A DNA stretch of 64,000 bases from an uncultured Clostridium sp. (GCA_947648765.1 CANSOY010000001.1:7016-71015), one strand, 5' to 3'; shown: positions 39,869 through 49,354, counted from the stretch's first letter. The notes: a model not told the origin generated them from the sequence alone. Numbers and translations are program-made.

Positions 39869-40249
39869 TTAGCCAGCAGTAATTTGACTAGCCATTTTGT
39901 AGATAGCACTTGCGATGTTAACACCTGCGAAGATTAGTACTGCGCCAATGATGTATGGTAACATAACTTTCTTGTATTCTGCTTTTTCAGAAGCACTACC
40001 CATCATGTATTTAATACCTAGTACAACGATAACACCTACTGCTACTAAACTTCCTACTACTTGGATAATACCAATGATTTGTTCACCAATACCTTGTACT
40101 TGTGTACCAGCTCCTGTATCTGGTGCGATTTGGCTTGGGTCATAAGCTAGTGCAACACTTGCTAAAGATGCAACCATTACAACTACTAGTGCGATTGTAC
40201 CAATCATTTTTAAGGTTCTTGTTTTCATATTCAATTTCACCCCTTTCAA
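39869..40249 (-). CDS. VirB2/TrbC-like pilin-type small secreted protein (paralogue A)
   Basis: Signal peptide, then a hydrophobic helix, a charged loop (KYMMGSASEKAEYKK), and a second hydrophobic helix. Confidence 0.45.
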   Translation of the reverse strand: MKGVKLNMKTRTLKMIGTIALVVVMVASLASVALAYDPSQIAPDTGAGTQVQGIGEQIIGIIQVVGSLVAVGVIVVLGIKYMMGSASEKAEYKKVMLPYIIGAVLIFAGVNIASAIYKMASQITAG

Positions 40250-40300
40250 GTTTGAAATTTTATTTAAAATCTCTTTTCAGAAATGTTAAAAACTTTTTTT

Positions 40301-40696
40301 CTAACCGAGTGCATTTCCAAGCACTTCTACGACTAATTTCCACATAGTAAATCCACCAAATAAAACGATACAGCCGACTACAAAAGGAATTAGAATTTCT
40401 TTTACATTTGCTTTGTCTTCTGCTCCTCCTGTCATGAACTTGATGCCTAAGTAGGCTGCCATAAGGACTGCCACTACACTTCCGAGTGGAATTAAAACAC
40501 CTAATATTTTATTGGACATTTCCACCACAGATGTTTTACTTAAGGTATCGTCTGCTCCAGGTGCTTGCACTCCTTTGGTAATAAAGGAATCTGCTCCTGA
40601 AATCAAGTCGCTCAAGGCATAGGACTGGCTAGTTGGGATAAGCAAGATAAGCATTACAAGACAAATACAAATTAACATCTTTTTTGCTTTTTTCAT
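40301..40696 (-). CDS. VirB2/TrbC-like pilin-type small secreted protein (paralogue B)
   Basis: Same architecture: LGIKFMTGGAEDKANVKE between two hydrophobic helices. Confidence 0.45.
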   Translation of the reverse strand: MKKAKKMLICICLVMLILLIPTSQSYALSDLISGADSFITKGVQAPGADDTLSKTSVVEMSNKILGVLIPLGSVVAVLMAAYLGIKFMTGGAEDKANVKEILIPFVVGCIVLFGGFTMWKLVVEVLGNALG

Positions 40697-40757
40697 TTCT
40701 TTTCCCTCCTATCCTTTTCATTATACCACAAGTTGTAAAATCTTTCAAGTTTTACCA

Positions 40758-41126
40758 CTAATGTATCGATGTAACAACATCATAAATGACTTTCGGGAAG
40801 ACGGTTCCAGTAAAAACAATGACTGCTCCAATGACATAAGGTATCATACTTTTCTTGTAATCTGCCTTTTCTTGCGCACTTCCTAACATATAGCGAATAC
40901 CCAGTACAATTAAGACAATCACGGCAATAACAGAGCCAATCACTTGTAGAATACCGAGTAATTTTCCTGCCATAACTTGTGCCTCATTTGGCATCGTTGT
41001 TGTAGTTGGTTGTAATGCACCTGGGTCGCTAATTACCCAGCTTGCTTGACATGGAATGGTTGCAATATGAATAATGGCAAACAGTATGACAAAGACAAAA
41101 AGGATTTGACCTATTCTTTTTTTCAT
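40758..41126 (-). CDS. VirB2/TrbC-like pilin-type small secreted protein (paralogue C)
   Basis: Same architecture: LGIRYMLGSAQEKADYKK. About 50% identical to paralogue A in the C-terminal half. Confidence 0.45.
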   Translation of the reverse strand: MKKRIGQILFVFVILFAIIHIATIPCQASWVISDPGALQPTTTTMPNEAQVMAGKLLGILQVIGSVIAVIVLIVLGIRYMLGSAQEKADYKKSMIPYVIGAVIVFTGTVFPKVIYDVVTSIH

Positions 41127-41277
41127 CTTGCTCTCCTCCTTACTTTAATATACCTTATCCTAATTGTAAAGTATTTTGACAGGTTTTGCAATATTTTTTT
41201 GTATTTTTGTTTTTTTGCAAAAAGAAAAGGGAAAAGAGCGAAGCGTCAGTTGCTGCTTCACTCTTTCCCTTTTGGCT

Positions 41278-42942
41278 TTAGTTCTCTATGACACTGGGTA
41301 AAGAAAAGGCTACTTTTTCCGGCTTGTAGCTGATGGTTGCCTCCAGGCTGGTGGATACATCCCACTTATCTTCTGCTCGGTAACTGGTGTGGGTTTGCAG
41401 TTCTTCAATCTGGTACTGGTTGTTTGCAATCACTTTCGCATAATTGGGATGTCCAGAAATCTGGTCGCCCCTTTCAATCAAGTGAATGCGGTGGTTATCC
41501 TTGTTTTCGTACATTTCCAGATACATATCTCCGCACATACCCATTTGCCAGTTCGCATTTAAGTAGGTTTCCGTCCCAAAGGACTTCAAAATCTCGTACA
41601 GCCTCGGTGCATTTTCAATCCGAAGGACACCGATGTCTGTCCAAATGAACTCATCATCAAAGATGTAAGTTCCAGCTTGGATTTCGCTGTCTGCCAGTCC
41701 TCGTTTGATATACTCGATGGAAATTCGGTGGTAGGCTTTTTCGTTCAGGATTTGCTGTTGACTACATACAATGTAGTAGTTGTCAACTTGCTTTTGACTG
41801 TGTGCCATTACTACGGCTGAGGTATTTACGGTTACTCTTGCCGAAAACTGTTCTGGTATGTGGAGTTGGTGCCAAGTTTCATTGGCTTTTTCGACGTCCT
41901 CTAAGGTCGCCGCTTGTGTTTTTTCTCCATTCCAGAAAGAGATTTCATTGGGGTGATCTTTCCAATTATATGGATTTTTCCGTTCCAGGTTCACCACTCC
42001 GATGTCGTAGGTTTCGCCGTAGGCTACTTCCATAACAAAATTGTAGACGGTATCACCTTCGTTTTCCGCATAATTGGCTGTCATACTCCCAATTTCTTCT
42101 ACGTTCCCGGTAAGCATTGCCATTCCGGTATCATTTTTCAGGGTCATGGTCGTGATACCGCTTCCAGCCGAGTAGGCTTGGACTTGCAACTCACCCATTC
42201 GTGCTTCCACATAAGAAACATATGTAGTGAGCAGGTAGTTGCTCAAAAGTTCCATCAAATGGTCTTTTTGGGTTCCTGTGATTTCTCCCAGAATGGTGTA
42301 AATGGGACTACTGCCATCTGCTTTCCAGAAATACATGCCGGGGGCAATACTATACTGGCTTGCATGGAAGCAATCCTTTTCTTGCACTTCCAAGAGATAC
42401 CACTGTCCGTGCTCTTTGTCAGATGTGCTGTAGACATCAATCTGTCTGGTTTGCGTTTTTCCCAAGCACCGCTCGCCAATATAGGCGGTGGCACCATAGG
42501 TTTCTTCTTCCACGATGGTCATGTGATAGTTGACGACCGCTTCGGTCATGTGGTTCCACCGACCGATTTGTTGCATTTGGCTAACATCGCCGGCGATTTT
42601 CGGGTCGCCCAACGTAGCTCTGGTGTGGTTTGCAAAAAAGATGTCTTCGCTGAGGTCCGTGGTTTCGACGGGGCTCCATGCTTTCGGCTGGGTTTCGGGG
42701 TCTACTACCTCATTCGGGTGACCACTTAAGTTGACGGCTACGAAAATGAGGATCCCGATTAAGAGCAGGGTCAGTAGGATGACCATCACCATGAGGACAA
42801 TTCCTACTACATTTCTCTTTTTCCGGGTGCGCTTGCGAGCGCGGTTTTGCTTTTTCTTTTCCATGTTCATTACCCTTTCTATGTTATGATTTTTGGTTGT
42901 GGTTTCGGGGTATCTTGAAAACTTTGCCTCCTTCCAATACAT
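41278..42942 (-). CDS. hypothetical signal-anchored extracytoplasmic protein, GC-rich gene (probable start at MNMEKKK ~42870)
   Basis: Basic N-terminal tail followed by a TM helix. GC content is well above that of the neighbours. Confidence 0.4.
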   Translation of the reverse strand: MYWKEAKFSRYPETTTKNHNIERVMNMEKKKQNRARKRTRKKRNVVGIVLMVMVILLTLLLIGILIFVAVNLSGHPNEVVDPETQPKAWSPVETTDLSEDIFFANHTRATLGDPKIAGDVSQMQQIGRWNHMTEAVVNYHMTIVEEETYGATAYIGERCLGKTQTRQIDVYSTSDKEHGQWYLLEVQEKDCFHASQYSIAPGMYFWKADGSSPIYTILGEITGTQKDHLMELLSNYLLTTYVSYVEARMGELQVQAYSAGSGITTMTLKNDTGMAMLTGNVEEIGSMTANYAENEGDTVYNFVMEVAYGETYDIGVVNLERKNPYNWKDHPNEISFWNGEKTQAATLEDVEKANETWHQLHIPEQFSARVTVNTSAVVMAHSQKQVDNYYIVCSQQQILNEKAYHRISIEYIKRGLADSEIQAGTYIFDDEFIWTDIGVLRIENAPRLYEILKSFGTETYLNANWQMGMCGDMYLEMYENKDNHRIHLIERGDQISGHPNYAKVIANNQYQIEELQTHTSYRAEDKWDVSTSLEATISYKPEKVAFSLPSVIEN

Positions 42943-42994
42943 TGGATTTTCAAGAATTCAACAATTCTTATCTTTTTTATTATACCACATTATG

Positions 42995-43032
42995 TAAAAT
43001 AAAGAAAGAGAGCCAGTTTTTTCTGGCTCTCT
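42995..43032 (-). terminator. rho-independent terminator after Spo0E-like gene
   Basis: agagagccag/ctggctctct hairpin followed by a T-rich run on the minus strand. Confidence 0.45.
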
Positions 43033-43052
43033 GGTTCTTTCTTCTTCTATTT

Positions 43053-43235
43053 TTACATTGCTTCACGGTAATATTCCGCGATTAGTTCATCCAATTCCAC
43101 ACTTATTTGATAGATTATGCTATAATCTTCTCCTGCTTCTATACTTTCATTCAATTTATCTCTTAATTTACAGATTTCATCATTTAACATACTATCAACT
43201 CCTTCTTTTTCTTTTGTATATCCTAAAGATAACAT
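43053..43235 (-). CDS. Spo0E-like sporulation regulatory protein (aspartyl-phosphate phosphatase family)
   Basis: 60 aa: DEICKLRDKLNESIEAGEDYS..ISVELDELIAEYY matches the Spo0E-like signature. Confidence 0.5.
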   Translation of the reverse strand: MLSLGYTKEKEGVDSMLNDEICKLRDKLNESIEAGEDYSIIYQISVELDELIAEYYREAM

Positions 43236-43438
43236 ATTTTTTGTTTTCAGTCAATGTTTTTGTTGATTTTTAAGGGATTTGGAGCATTTTTCGTATGTGT
43301 TTTTTCGACATTAGTTACTATATCTTCCTGTTTTTCCCAGGCATTTTTCTTCTTTTTCTCTGTTTCTACAAAAAAAGAAGCTTCTTTTCGGCTTGCCAAA
43401 AGGTGCGCTTCTTCTTTTCTTTTTTTGATTATTCTAAT

Positions 43439-44809
43439 TTAGTCTTCGTTTTCTGCAATCACATTCTGATTTTCTACAATCGAAAGTACCATATTTCTTT
43501 CTATAAAATATGTTTTTAGTAGTTCTTCTACATATTCCTTGGTTATTTCTTCATATCTTTCGATATAGTCAAAACTTTGTATTCCTTTGACAGTATCTGC
43601 TAAAAGCATACGTGCAATACTATCAATATCGTTGTATTCCATCACATATTTGCCATAGAGTTTCTTTTTACTACGCACAAAGTCTTCTTCGGAAATTCCG
43701 GTTTCTTGCATCTTTTTCACTTGCTCGCAAAAGGCTTGGTAAACTCTTCTTGGGTCTTTGGATTGGCTAGCAAGTAAGACGTGGGCATATTGTTTGGAAA
43801 ATTCATAATCTCCATCTGGTTGTGTCGAGAGGTTTCCCTCATTGTATAACATTTGGTAAAGTTTCGAACTTCTACCAATTAGCAAGTCTAGTGCAATTTC
43901 AATTCCCATGTGTTTTTTGACTTGGTCTTTTTGTTCTACTTCTGTATCCAAAATACCAATCATAAAAATTGGTGTGCTTACTTCGGCCGAATGAACCTTT
44001 TGATGGCATTTTACTTTTCGCTCTGCTTCTGGATAAATACGCTTGATCTCCTCTTGTTTTGGCTTGTTTAGCAAATGCCCTTTGACAGTTTTTAGAACTT
44101 CTTCTGGCTCTACATTTCCGCTTACTACCAATATCATATTGGATGGATGGTAAAAGGTGTTATAGCATTTATAGAGGACATCTGGATTGATTTGTGCAAT
44201 GGATTCAATGGTTCCTGCAATATCGATTTTGATTGGGTTTTTCTCATAAAGGCAGTCCATTGTATTGAGATAAAGTGTCCAAGCTGGGTCGTCGTCATAC
44301 ATACGGATTTCTTGCCCAATAATGCCTTTTTCTTTTTCCACATTTTTGTCTGTAAAATATGGGTGTTGCACATAGTTCATAAGTTCTGCAAGGGCTTCTT
44401 CAAAATGGTCTGTACATTCAAACAGATAAGCTGTATGGTCATTGGTGGTATATGCATTAGCGTCAACGCCAAGTGCCATAAGCGTATCCAGGCTATTGGT
44501 TCCATCTGGTTGTTCAAACATTTTATGCTCTAAGAAATGGGCTACCCCATCTGGAATGTATACTTCTTCTCCAGAACCTGGCATGATAAAATGATTATCC
44601 ACTGATCCAAATCTCGTACCCCAAATGACATACTTCTTCTCAGTTGTGGTGCGTGGTACAATGAAAACAGTTAGCCCATTTTCTAGGGTTTCTTCATAAA
44701 TTTTTTCTTGAATTTTTGCACTCTCAGTTATTTTCATAAACTTCGCCTTCCTTTCCGCTTCTAAGGAAGTATACCGTATCAATACGAACTCGTTTCGCAA
44801 GTGCGACAA
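43439..44809 (-). CDS. M16 family zinc peptidase (HxxEH)
   Basis: HFLEHKMFE inverted zincin motif. Confidence 0.8.
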   Translation of the reverse strand: MSHLRNEFVLIRYTSLEAERKAKFMKITESAKIQEKIYEETLENGLTVFIVPRTTTEKKYVIWGTRFGSVDNHFIMPGSGEEVYIPDGVAHFLEHKMFEQPDGTNSLDTLMALGVDANAYTTNDHTAYLFECTDHFEEALAELMNYVQHPYFTDKNVEKEKGIIGQEIRMYDDDPAWTLYLNTMDCLYEKNPIKIDIAGTIESIAQINPDVLYKCYNTFYHPSNMILVVSGNVEPEEVLKTVKGHLLNKPKQEEIKRIYPEAERKVKCHQKVHSAEVSTPIFMIGILDTEVEQKDQVKKHMGIEIALDLLIGRSSKLYQMLYNEGNLSTQPDGDYEFSKQYAHVLLASQSKDPRRVYQAFCEQVKKMQETGISEEDFVRSKKKLYGKYVMEYNDIDSIARMLLADTVKGIQSFDYIERYEEITKEYVEELLKTYFIERNMVLSIVENQNVIAENED

Positions 44810-46034
44810 TTTGCTTTTTGGTTACTGCCTCTATTTTTTTTGCATATTCGTCTAGCGTGGTTTCTTTTCCTGCCATTTCTTGTCCATAAGCATAGGTAAG
44901 TTCTGCATCCTGCTCTTCTGGTATTCCTCGTATATTGGCTTTCATTAACTCTTTCGCACTTTCAACATCTTCTTCACTAAAAACACCACATTGCATATCT
45001 TCTAGTTGTTGCATGATAATAGCGACGGCTTTTTCGTAGTTTTCCATCTCAATACCGCAACGTACGAAAATGGCTGCTTTTTGCTTGGTGTAGTTAGAAC
45101 CTGCTGTATACGCAAGGGACTCTTTTTCACGCACATTTTGGAAAAGTTTTGAGTTGGCTCCTCCTCCTAAAATGGCATTGTATAGGTTGGCAACTTCTTT
45201 TTCTTCTTCGGTTTCTACCCCTACATCTAGCCCTAAAATTAGGTTTCCTTGGTTGACTTGCATAATTTCTTGGACTACTTTTTTTGGCTCTAGTTTGAAT
45301 TCAATTTTTTCTTCTCGGATTACTTGATTTAGGCAAAAGTCTGGTTTTCGTGGGTTAAGTGCTTGGATGAGCGGATGATTTTTGGCAACTTCTTCTAATT
45401 TTTGAACTTGGTCTCCTGATACAAAAATATCGATTTTGGCACGGTTTATCAATTCTTCATACCCTTGTGCTAGGCTTTCTGGTGTAATGTCGTCAACTTC
45501 TTCTAAATAGCCATATTTATAGATACCGTAAGGGTCGTCCATATACATTTCTTCGATACAACGGTCATACGCATATTGGCGTTTGTTATCGATTTTAGAT
45601 GCAATAATGTTTTTCAAATTGTTTTTTTCACAAGCCACATAGTCATCTTGGAATTTTCCTTGTTGGATTAATGGATTAAGCACAACCTGTAAGAGCATAT
45701 CGAGGCATTTTTCGCCGACCGGCTCTGGTTCTGGCAAGTATTTTTCGTTAATTCCCTCGATATAGAATTTGATGACTTGGTTATCTCCATTTTTATCAAT
45801 TCCACAGTCAAAGGTTGCTCCATACATTTCTTCTAAGGTTTTGTTAATTTGTTCTTGGGTCGGATAGGTTTTACAACCTCTACGAAGAACGGCTGGCAAT
45901 AAGGCTCTAGTGGTAACTGCGTTTCTTTCTAAAGGAATTGTAATAAAAAGAGCAAATAAGTTGGTTTTGAATTTGTTAGTTTCGATTGAGTGGAAGGTGA
46001 TTCCTTCCTTTAATTCACTTTTTTGATTTGACAC
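44724..46034 (-). CDS. M16 family peptidase-like protein (partner subunit, no intact HxxEH)
   Basis: Insulinase-fold length and position. Paired with the catalytic M16 gene. Confidence 0.7.
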   Translation of the reverse strand: MSNQKSELKEGITFHSIETNKFKTNLFALFITIPLERNAVTTRALLPAVLRRGCKTYPTQEQINKTLEEMYGATFDCGIDKNGDNQVIKFYIEGINEKYLPEPEPVGEKCLDMLLQVVLNPLIQQGKFQDDYVACEKNNLKNIIASKIDNKRQYAYDRCIEEMYMDDPYGIYKYGYLEEVDDITPESLAQGYEELINRAKIDIFVSGDQVQKLEEVAKNHPLIQALNPRKPDFCLNQVIREEKIEFKLEPKKVVQEIMQVNQGNLILGLDVGVETEEEKEVANLYNAILGGGANSKLFQNVREKESLAYTAGSNYTKQKAAIFVRCGIEMENYEKAVAIIMQQLEDMQCGVFSEEDVESAKELMKANIRGIPEEQDAELTYAYGQEMAGKETTLDEYAKKIEAVTKKQIVALAKRVRIDTVYFLRSGKEGEVYENN

Positions 46035-46155
46035 AATTTCTCCTTCTTTCTTCTTTTCGTTTCTTTCTTTATTATAAGATGTTTTGAATAAATCTATTCA
46101 AAACTTTTTTGAACAAATGAAAAGGTGCATTTCGCGAAAATGCACCTTTTCGTGA

Positions 46156-46596
46156 TTAGGCAAGTAAGCTTTTTACAACATCGGATATGGTCTTACCATC
46201 TGCAGATGTTCCCATTTGTGCTTTTGCTTCTTTCATGACCATTCCCATATCTTTCATAGTACTTGATCCTGTTGTTTCAATGACTTGTTTTACTATGGTT
46301 TCAATTTCTTCTTTCGTAAGTTGTTTTGGTAAATATTCTTCAAGTACCGCGATTTCTTCTTCGAGTTGTACTACTAAGTCTTGCCTACCACCTTTTTCAT
46401 AATCTGTAATCGCTTCTTTTCTTTTTTTGGCTTCTTTTGCAATGATTTCTAGAATTTGCTCATCTGTTACCTCAATGGCTTTGTCTTTTTCCACTTGCAA
46501 AATTGCTGCTCTTACCATTTGTACTACATTTTTTCGGTTGATGTTTTTGTCTTTCATAGCATTTTTCAAGTCTTCTAATAATTTTTCTTTTAACAT
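46156..46596 (-). CDS. yqeY: GatB/YqeY domain protein
   Basis: 146 aa. Classic rpsU-yqeY arrangement. Confidence 0.75.
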   Translation of the reverse strand: MLKEKLLEDLKNAMKDKNINRKNVVQMVRAAILQVEKDKAIEVTDEQILEIIAKEAKKRKEAITDYEKGGRQDLVVQLEEEIAVLEEYLPKQLTKEEIETIVKQVIETTGSSTMKDMGMVMKEAKAQMGTSADGKTISDVVKSLLA

Positions 46597-46651
46597 ATTT
46601 TTGCCTCCTTTGAATAAAAAACGGCTTCCGTTTCTCGGAAACCGTTTTGTC

Positions 46652-46822
46652 TTAAAATTTTCTTTTTCTTGCTGCCTCGGATTTCTTTTTTCTTTTTACG
46701 CTTGGTTTTTCGTAATGTTCTCTTTTTCTAACTTCTTGTAATACCCCATTTCTTGCGCATTGTCTTTTGAATCTTTTTAAGGCATCTTCTATATTTCCAT
46801 TATTAACTTTAACCTCTGACAT
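46652..46822 (-). CDS. rpsU: 30S ribosomal protein S21 (not in ORF track, 56 aa)
   Basis: Translates to [65 protein letters not shown] Shine-Dalgarno present. Confidence 0.85.
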   Translation of the reverse strand: MSEVKVNNGNIEDALKRFKRQCARNGVLQEVRKREHYEKPSVKRKKKSEAARKRKF

Positions 46823-47152
46823 TTATTTATTCCCCTCCTTCCGGTAATTACGTTCACTTACGTATGGGATTTGTTTTTCTTCGTAAACAGGACTAGTCCT
46901 GTTTTGATACAATAGGTATTATATCGCACTAGGCTTAGAATTGTCAATACTAGTTTCCGCTTTTCTCTCGTTTTTCCTGTATTTTCTATCCATTTTTTCG
47001 TTTTCCGATTAGACACTATCCAATTTTCCTTCCTGTCAATTCAAAATTTATATTATTTCCTTGCTCTCTTTGGTATTCCTTATTATTTTTCGTTTTCCTA
47101 TTTTGTAAATCTTGCTATTGTATTTTTCATTTGCTATAATTAGTTTGTACAA

Positions 47153-48400
47153 ATGAAAATGAAAAGAGGGTTCTATTTCATGAAATCAAAAGATAGGAAA
47201 CCGACCAGATTCACAGAAGAAAGTGGAATTACTATTCTTGCTTTAATCACAACCATTGTTGTTATGATTATTTTGTTAGTCGTTTCTTCATACTTTGCTT
47301 TTGGAGAAAATGGTGCCATTCAGCAAGCACTTGCTTCGAAAAAAGCTCACGAAAACGCAAGTAATGAAGAAGGCAATGTCTTTAATTATATTATTGATTT
47401 TCGAGCAGAAGATTATTTGGGAAATGAATTTACGACACCAGATACTCCATCCGTTAATCCACCAGTAAAAGAAAATATGGAGTTAAAAAATTTCAAGACA
47501 TCGATTGCTCATACAATTACAAGCTTAGGCATTGCTACCTCTCCTGCGCAGTCTGTTAATCGTTATATTACAAACTTAGAACAGATTGGAAATACCAACT
47601 ATGCAGAAGGTGTTCAGTCTGATTTAGTGGTGGTTGCAACTGGTCTTAGTTCTCGTTATGAGCAAACCATCTCAGTTGCTAATATTGATGGTTACGAACA
47701 ATTTGATGTAGCAGATTTTATCATTGTAAATCAAACGATGACCTATACCAGTGGAAATGATGGTCATAATATCCTATCCATGACCAAGAATTATGATAAA
47801 AGCACGGGAACACTCGTACTTGGCAGGTTAAAGTCCTATAACACAAAATGGACTTTTTGGAATATTTATGATGTCTACTTAGTCAAAAGAAACCCACAAC
47901 CTACTATTGCAATGGCTCTTAATGAAGATACGGAAACAGAGCCGGAGCCAGAAAACGTGGAACTCAATGAGTTTAAGCAACAATTGGGAAATGCTATCGG
48001 CGTAGAAAATGCCATCGATAAAAGTGCAGAGGAAATGGCAAATGAAATTCGTCAATTTGCTCGTAAAAAATTTGAAGAGGGTGTTTCTACTTATTTCGTA
48101 TTACTACAAGGTAGCTTAAACTCAAGATATGCGCAAAGTGTATCAGCAACCAATATGGAACAGTATGAAAATGCCACACTGAATCAGTTTTTAATTACAA
48201 TTACTGCCTTTTCTTATGTAGAAGGTTCCGATGGTGAAAATATTGTTACAATGAGTAAATCTTATAACAATTCAAATGGAATTTTATCTCTTGGAAAGCA
48301 GAAGTCTTATACGAATGATAGTGGTTCTCGTTGGACATTTTTTAATATCTATAATGTTTATTTCTTGAAGAAGCCAGTTAAGACACTCGACGATTTATAA
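47153..48400 (+). CDS. hypothetical N-terminally anchored protein with internal tandem ~150-aa duplication
   Basis: Two repeats each ending ...SRY(E/A)Q(T/S)(I/V)S..N...Y(E)...(W)TF(W/F)NIY(D/N)VY(L/F)(V/L)K(R/K). Confidence 0.4.
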   Translation: MKMKRGFYFMKSKDRKPTRFTEESGITILALITTIVVMIILLVVSSYFAFGENGAIQQALASKKAHENASNEEGNVFNYIIDFRAEDYLGNEFTTPDTPSVNPPVKENMELKNFKTSIAHTITSLGIATSPAQSVNRYITNLEQIGNTNYAEGVQSDLVVVATGLSSRYEQTISVANIDGYEQFDVADFIIVNQTMTYTSGNDGHNILSMTKNYDKSTGTLVLGRLKSYNTKWTFWNIYDVYLVKRNPQPTIAMALNEDTETEPEPENVELNEFKQQLGNAIGVENAIDKSAEEMANEIRQFARKKFEEGVSTYFVLLQGSLNSRYAQSVSATNMEQYENATLNQFLITITAFSYVEGSDGENIVTMSKSYNNSNGILSLGKQKSYTNDSGSRWTFFNIYNVYFLKKPVKTLDDL

Positions 48401-48593
48401 TCTTTTTATGCTAGATACTCAAAAGTTATCTGGCATTTTTGCTTGTGCTTTATGTTAATTTGTGATACAATCCTTTTGTTCAAAATACATCCATTGAAAA
48501 TCCTACTCGAAAGACAACTGTCTGAAAGGAAAGGTGATATCTATGCAGTAGTTTCGCGGAAAAATCTGAATAGTGAGGAGATTGTCGTATGAT

Positions 48594-49292
48594 ATGATTA
48601 CCGAGCACGTACCCATTACCGAATTTCGGCACCAATCCGGCGAACTCGCTGGAAAATTTGTACTTTCCCATGTGGCATATCTAAACAAGGTTAGCATTCA
48701 AGTTTTAGGCTCTGTTTGGCACATCGACGATTTTAGCCCTTTTGGCGACCCCGTTTTGGTGGGAGAACAGTATTATGAGTTCCTGAAAACAGAAAAGGCC
48801 AATTACACCAGATTTTCCACTTTCCGGCAAAGAAAACGATTGGTGGCTTCTGTTTCCTACGAGCCAATCATCATCATTGCCCCTCGTTCAGAAATTGACA
48901 CACTTTCTGGCATCCGTGCTTCTCTTATCGACATGTATACCTACCTTACAATGTTACGAAAACGTAGGTGTTGGTACCGAGAGACCAGGTCGTCCTTAAA
49001 TGAATATATTGTTTTTGGTCGGTATTTATTGGATGCCCATGCCAATGTCTGGCAAATTCAGCAAAAGATTTCTGTCGTACCAGAGCATTTTGTATGCAAG
49101 CGTGAACTATTTCAGAAAATCTATGGTGGTTTCATTGCCACAACATCCTTTGCATTTCCCCGAAGCGCCAGTGATTTGTGCCCACTTTGCGGGCGACCCT
49201 TTCTCATTCGCGATTTAATTGAGAATGAGGTGTTTCAGTACGCAAATAGCTGTGGTCCAGCAGCACATTCTACTTGTACACGAAAGAACTAA
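48594..49292 (+). CDS. hypothetical protein with C-terminal Cys pairs (CPLCG...CGPAAHSTC), GC-elevated gene
   Basis: ORF in the track from GTG 48573. ATG 48594 is preferred. Followed by a strong bidirectional terminator. Confidence 0.35.
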   Translation: MITEHVPITEFRHQSGELAGKFVLSHVAYLNKVSIQVLGSVWHIDDFSPFGDPVLVGEQYYEFLKTEKANYTRFSTFRQRKRLVASVSYEPIIIIAPRSEIDTLSGIRASLIDMYTYLTMLRKRRCWYRETRSSLNEYIVFGRYLLDAHANVWQIQQKISVVPEHFVCKRELFQKIYGGFIATTSFAFPRSASDLCPLCGRPFLIRDLIENEVFQYANSCGPAAHSTCTRKN

Positions 49293-49303
49293 CAACTGCA
49301 TAA

Positions 49304-49353
49304 CCCAAAAGGTCCAGGCTAGCCATATTTTATGGAAGACCTGGACCTTTTGG
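49304..49353. terminator. bidirectional rho-independent terminator
   Basis: 15-bp perfect inverted repeat cccaaaaggtccagg/cctggaccttttggg. Confidence 0.55.
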
Positions 49354-49354
49354 G

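Noticed and set aside
47153-47300. Possible type IV prepilin/pseudopilin N-terminus in the 415-aa protein (RFTEESGITILALITT...)
   Set aside because: There is no Gly at -1 and no Glu at +5. The spacing does not fit the G|FTLxE prepilin peptidase site. It is more likely a simple signal-anchor.
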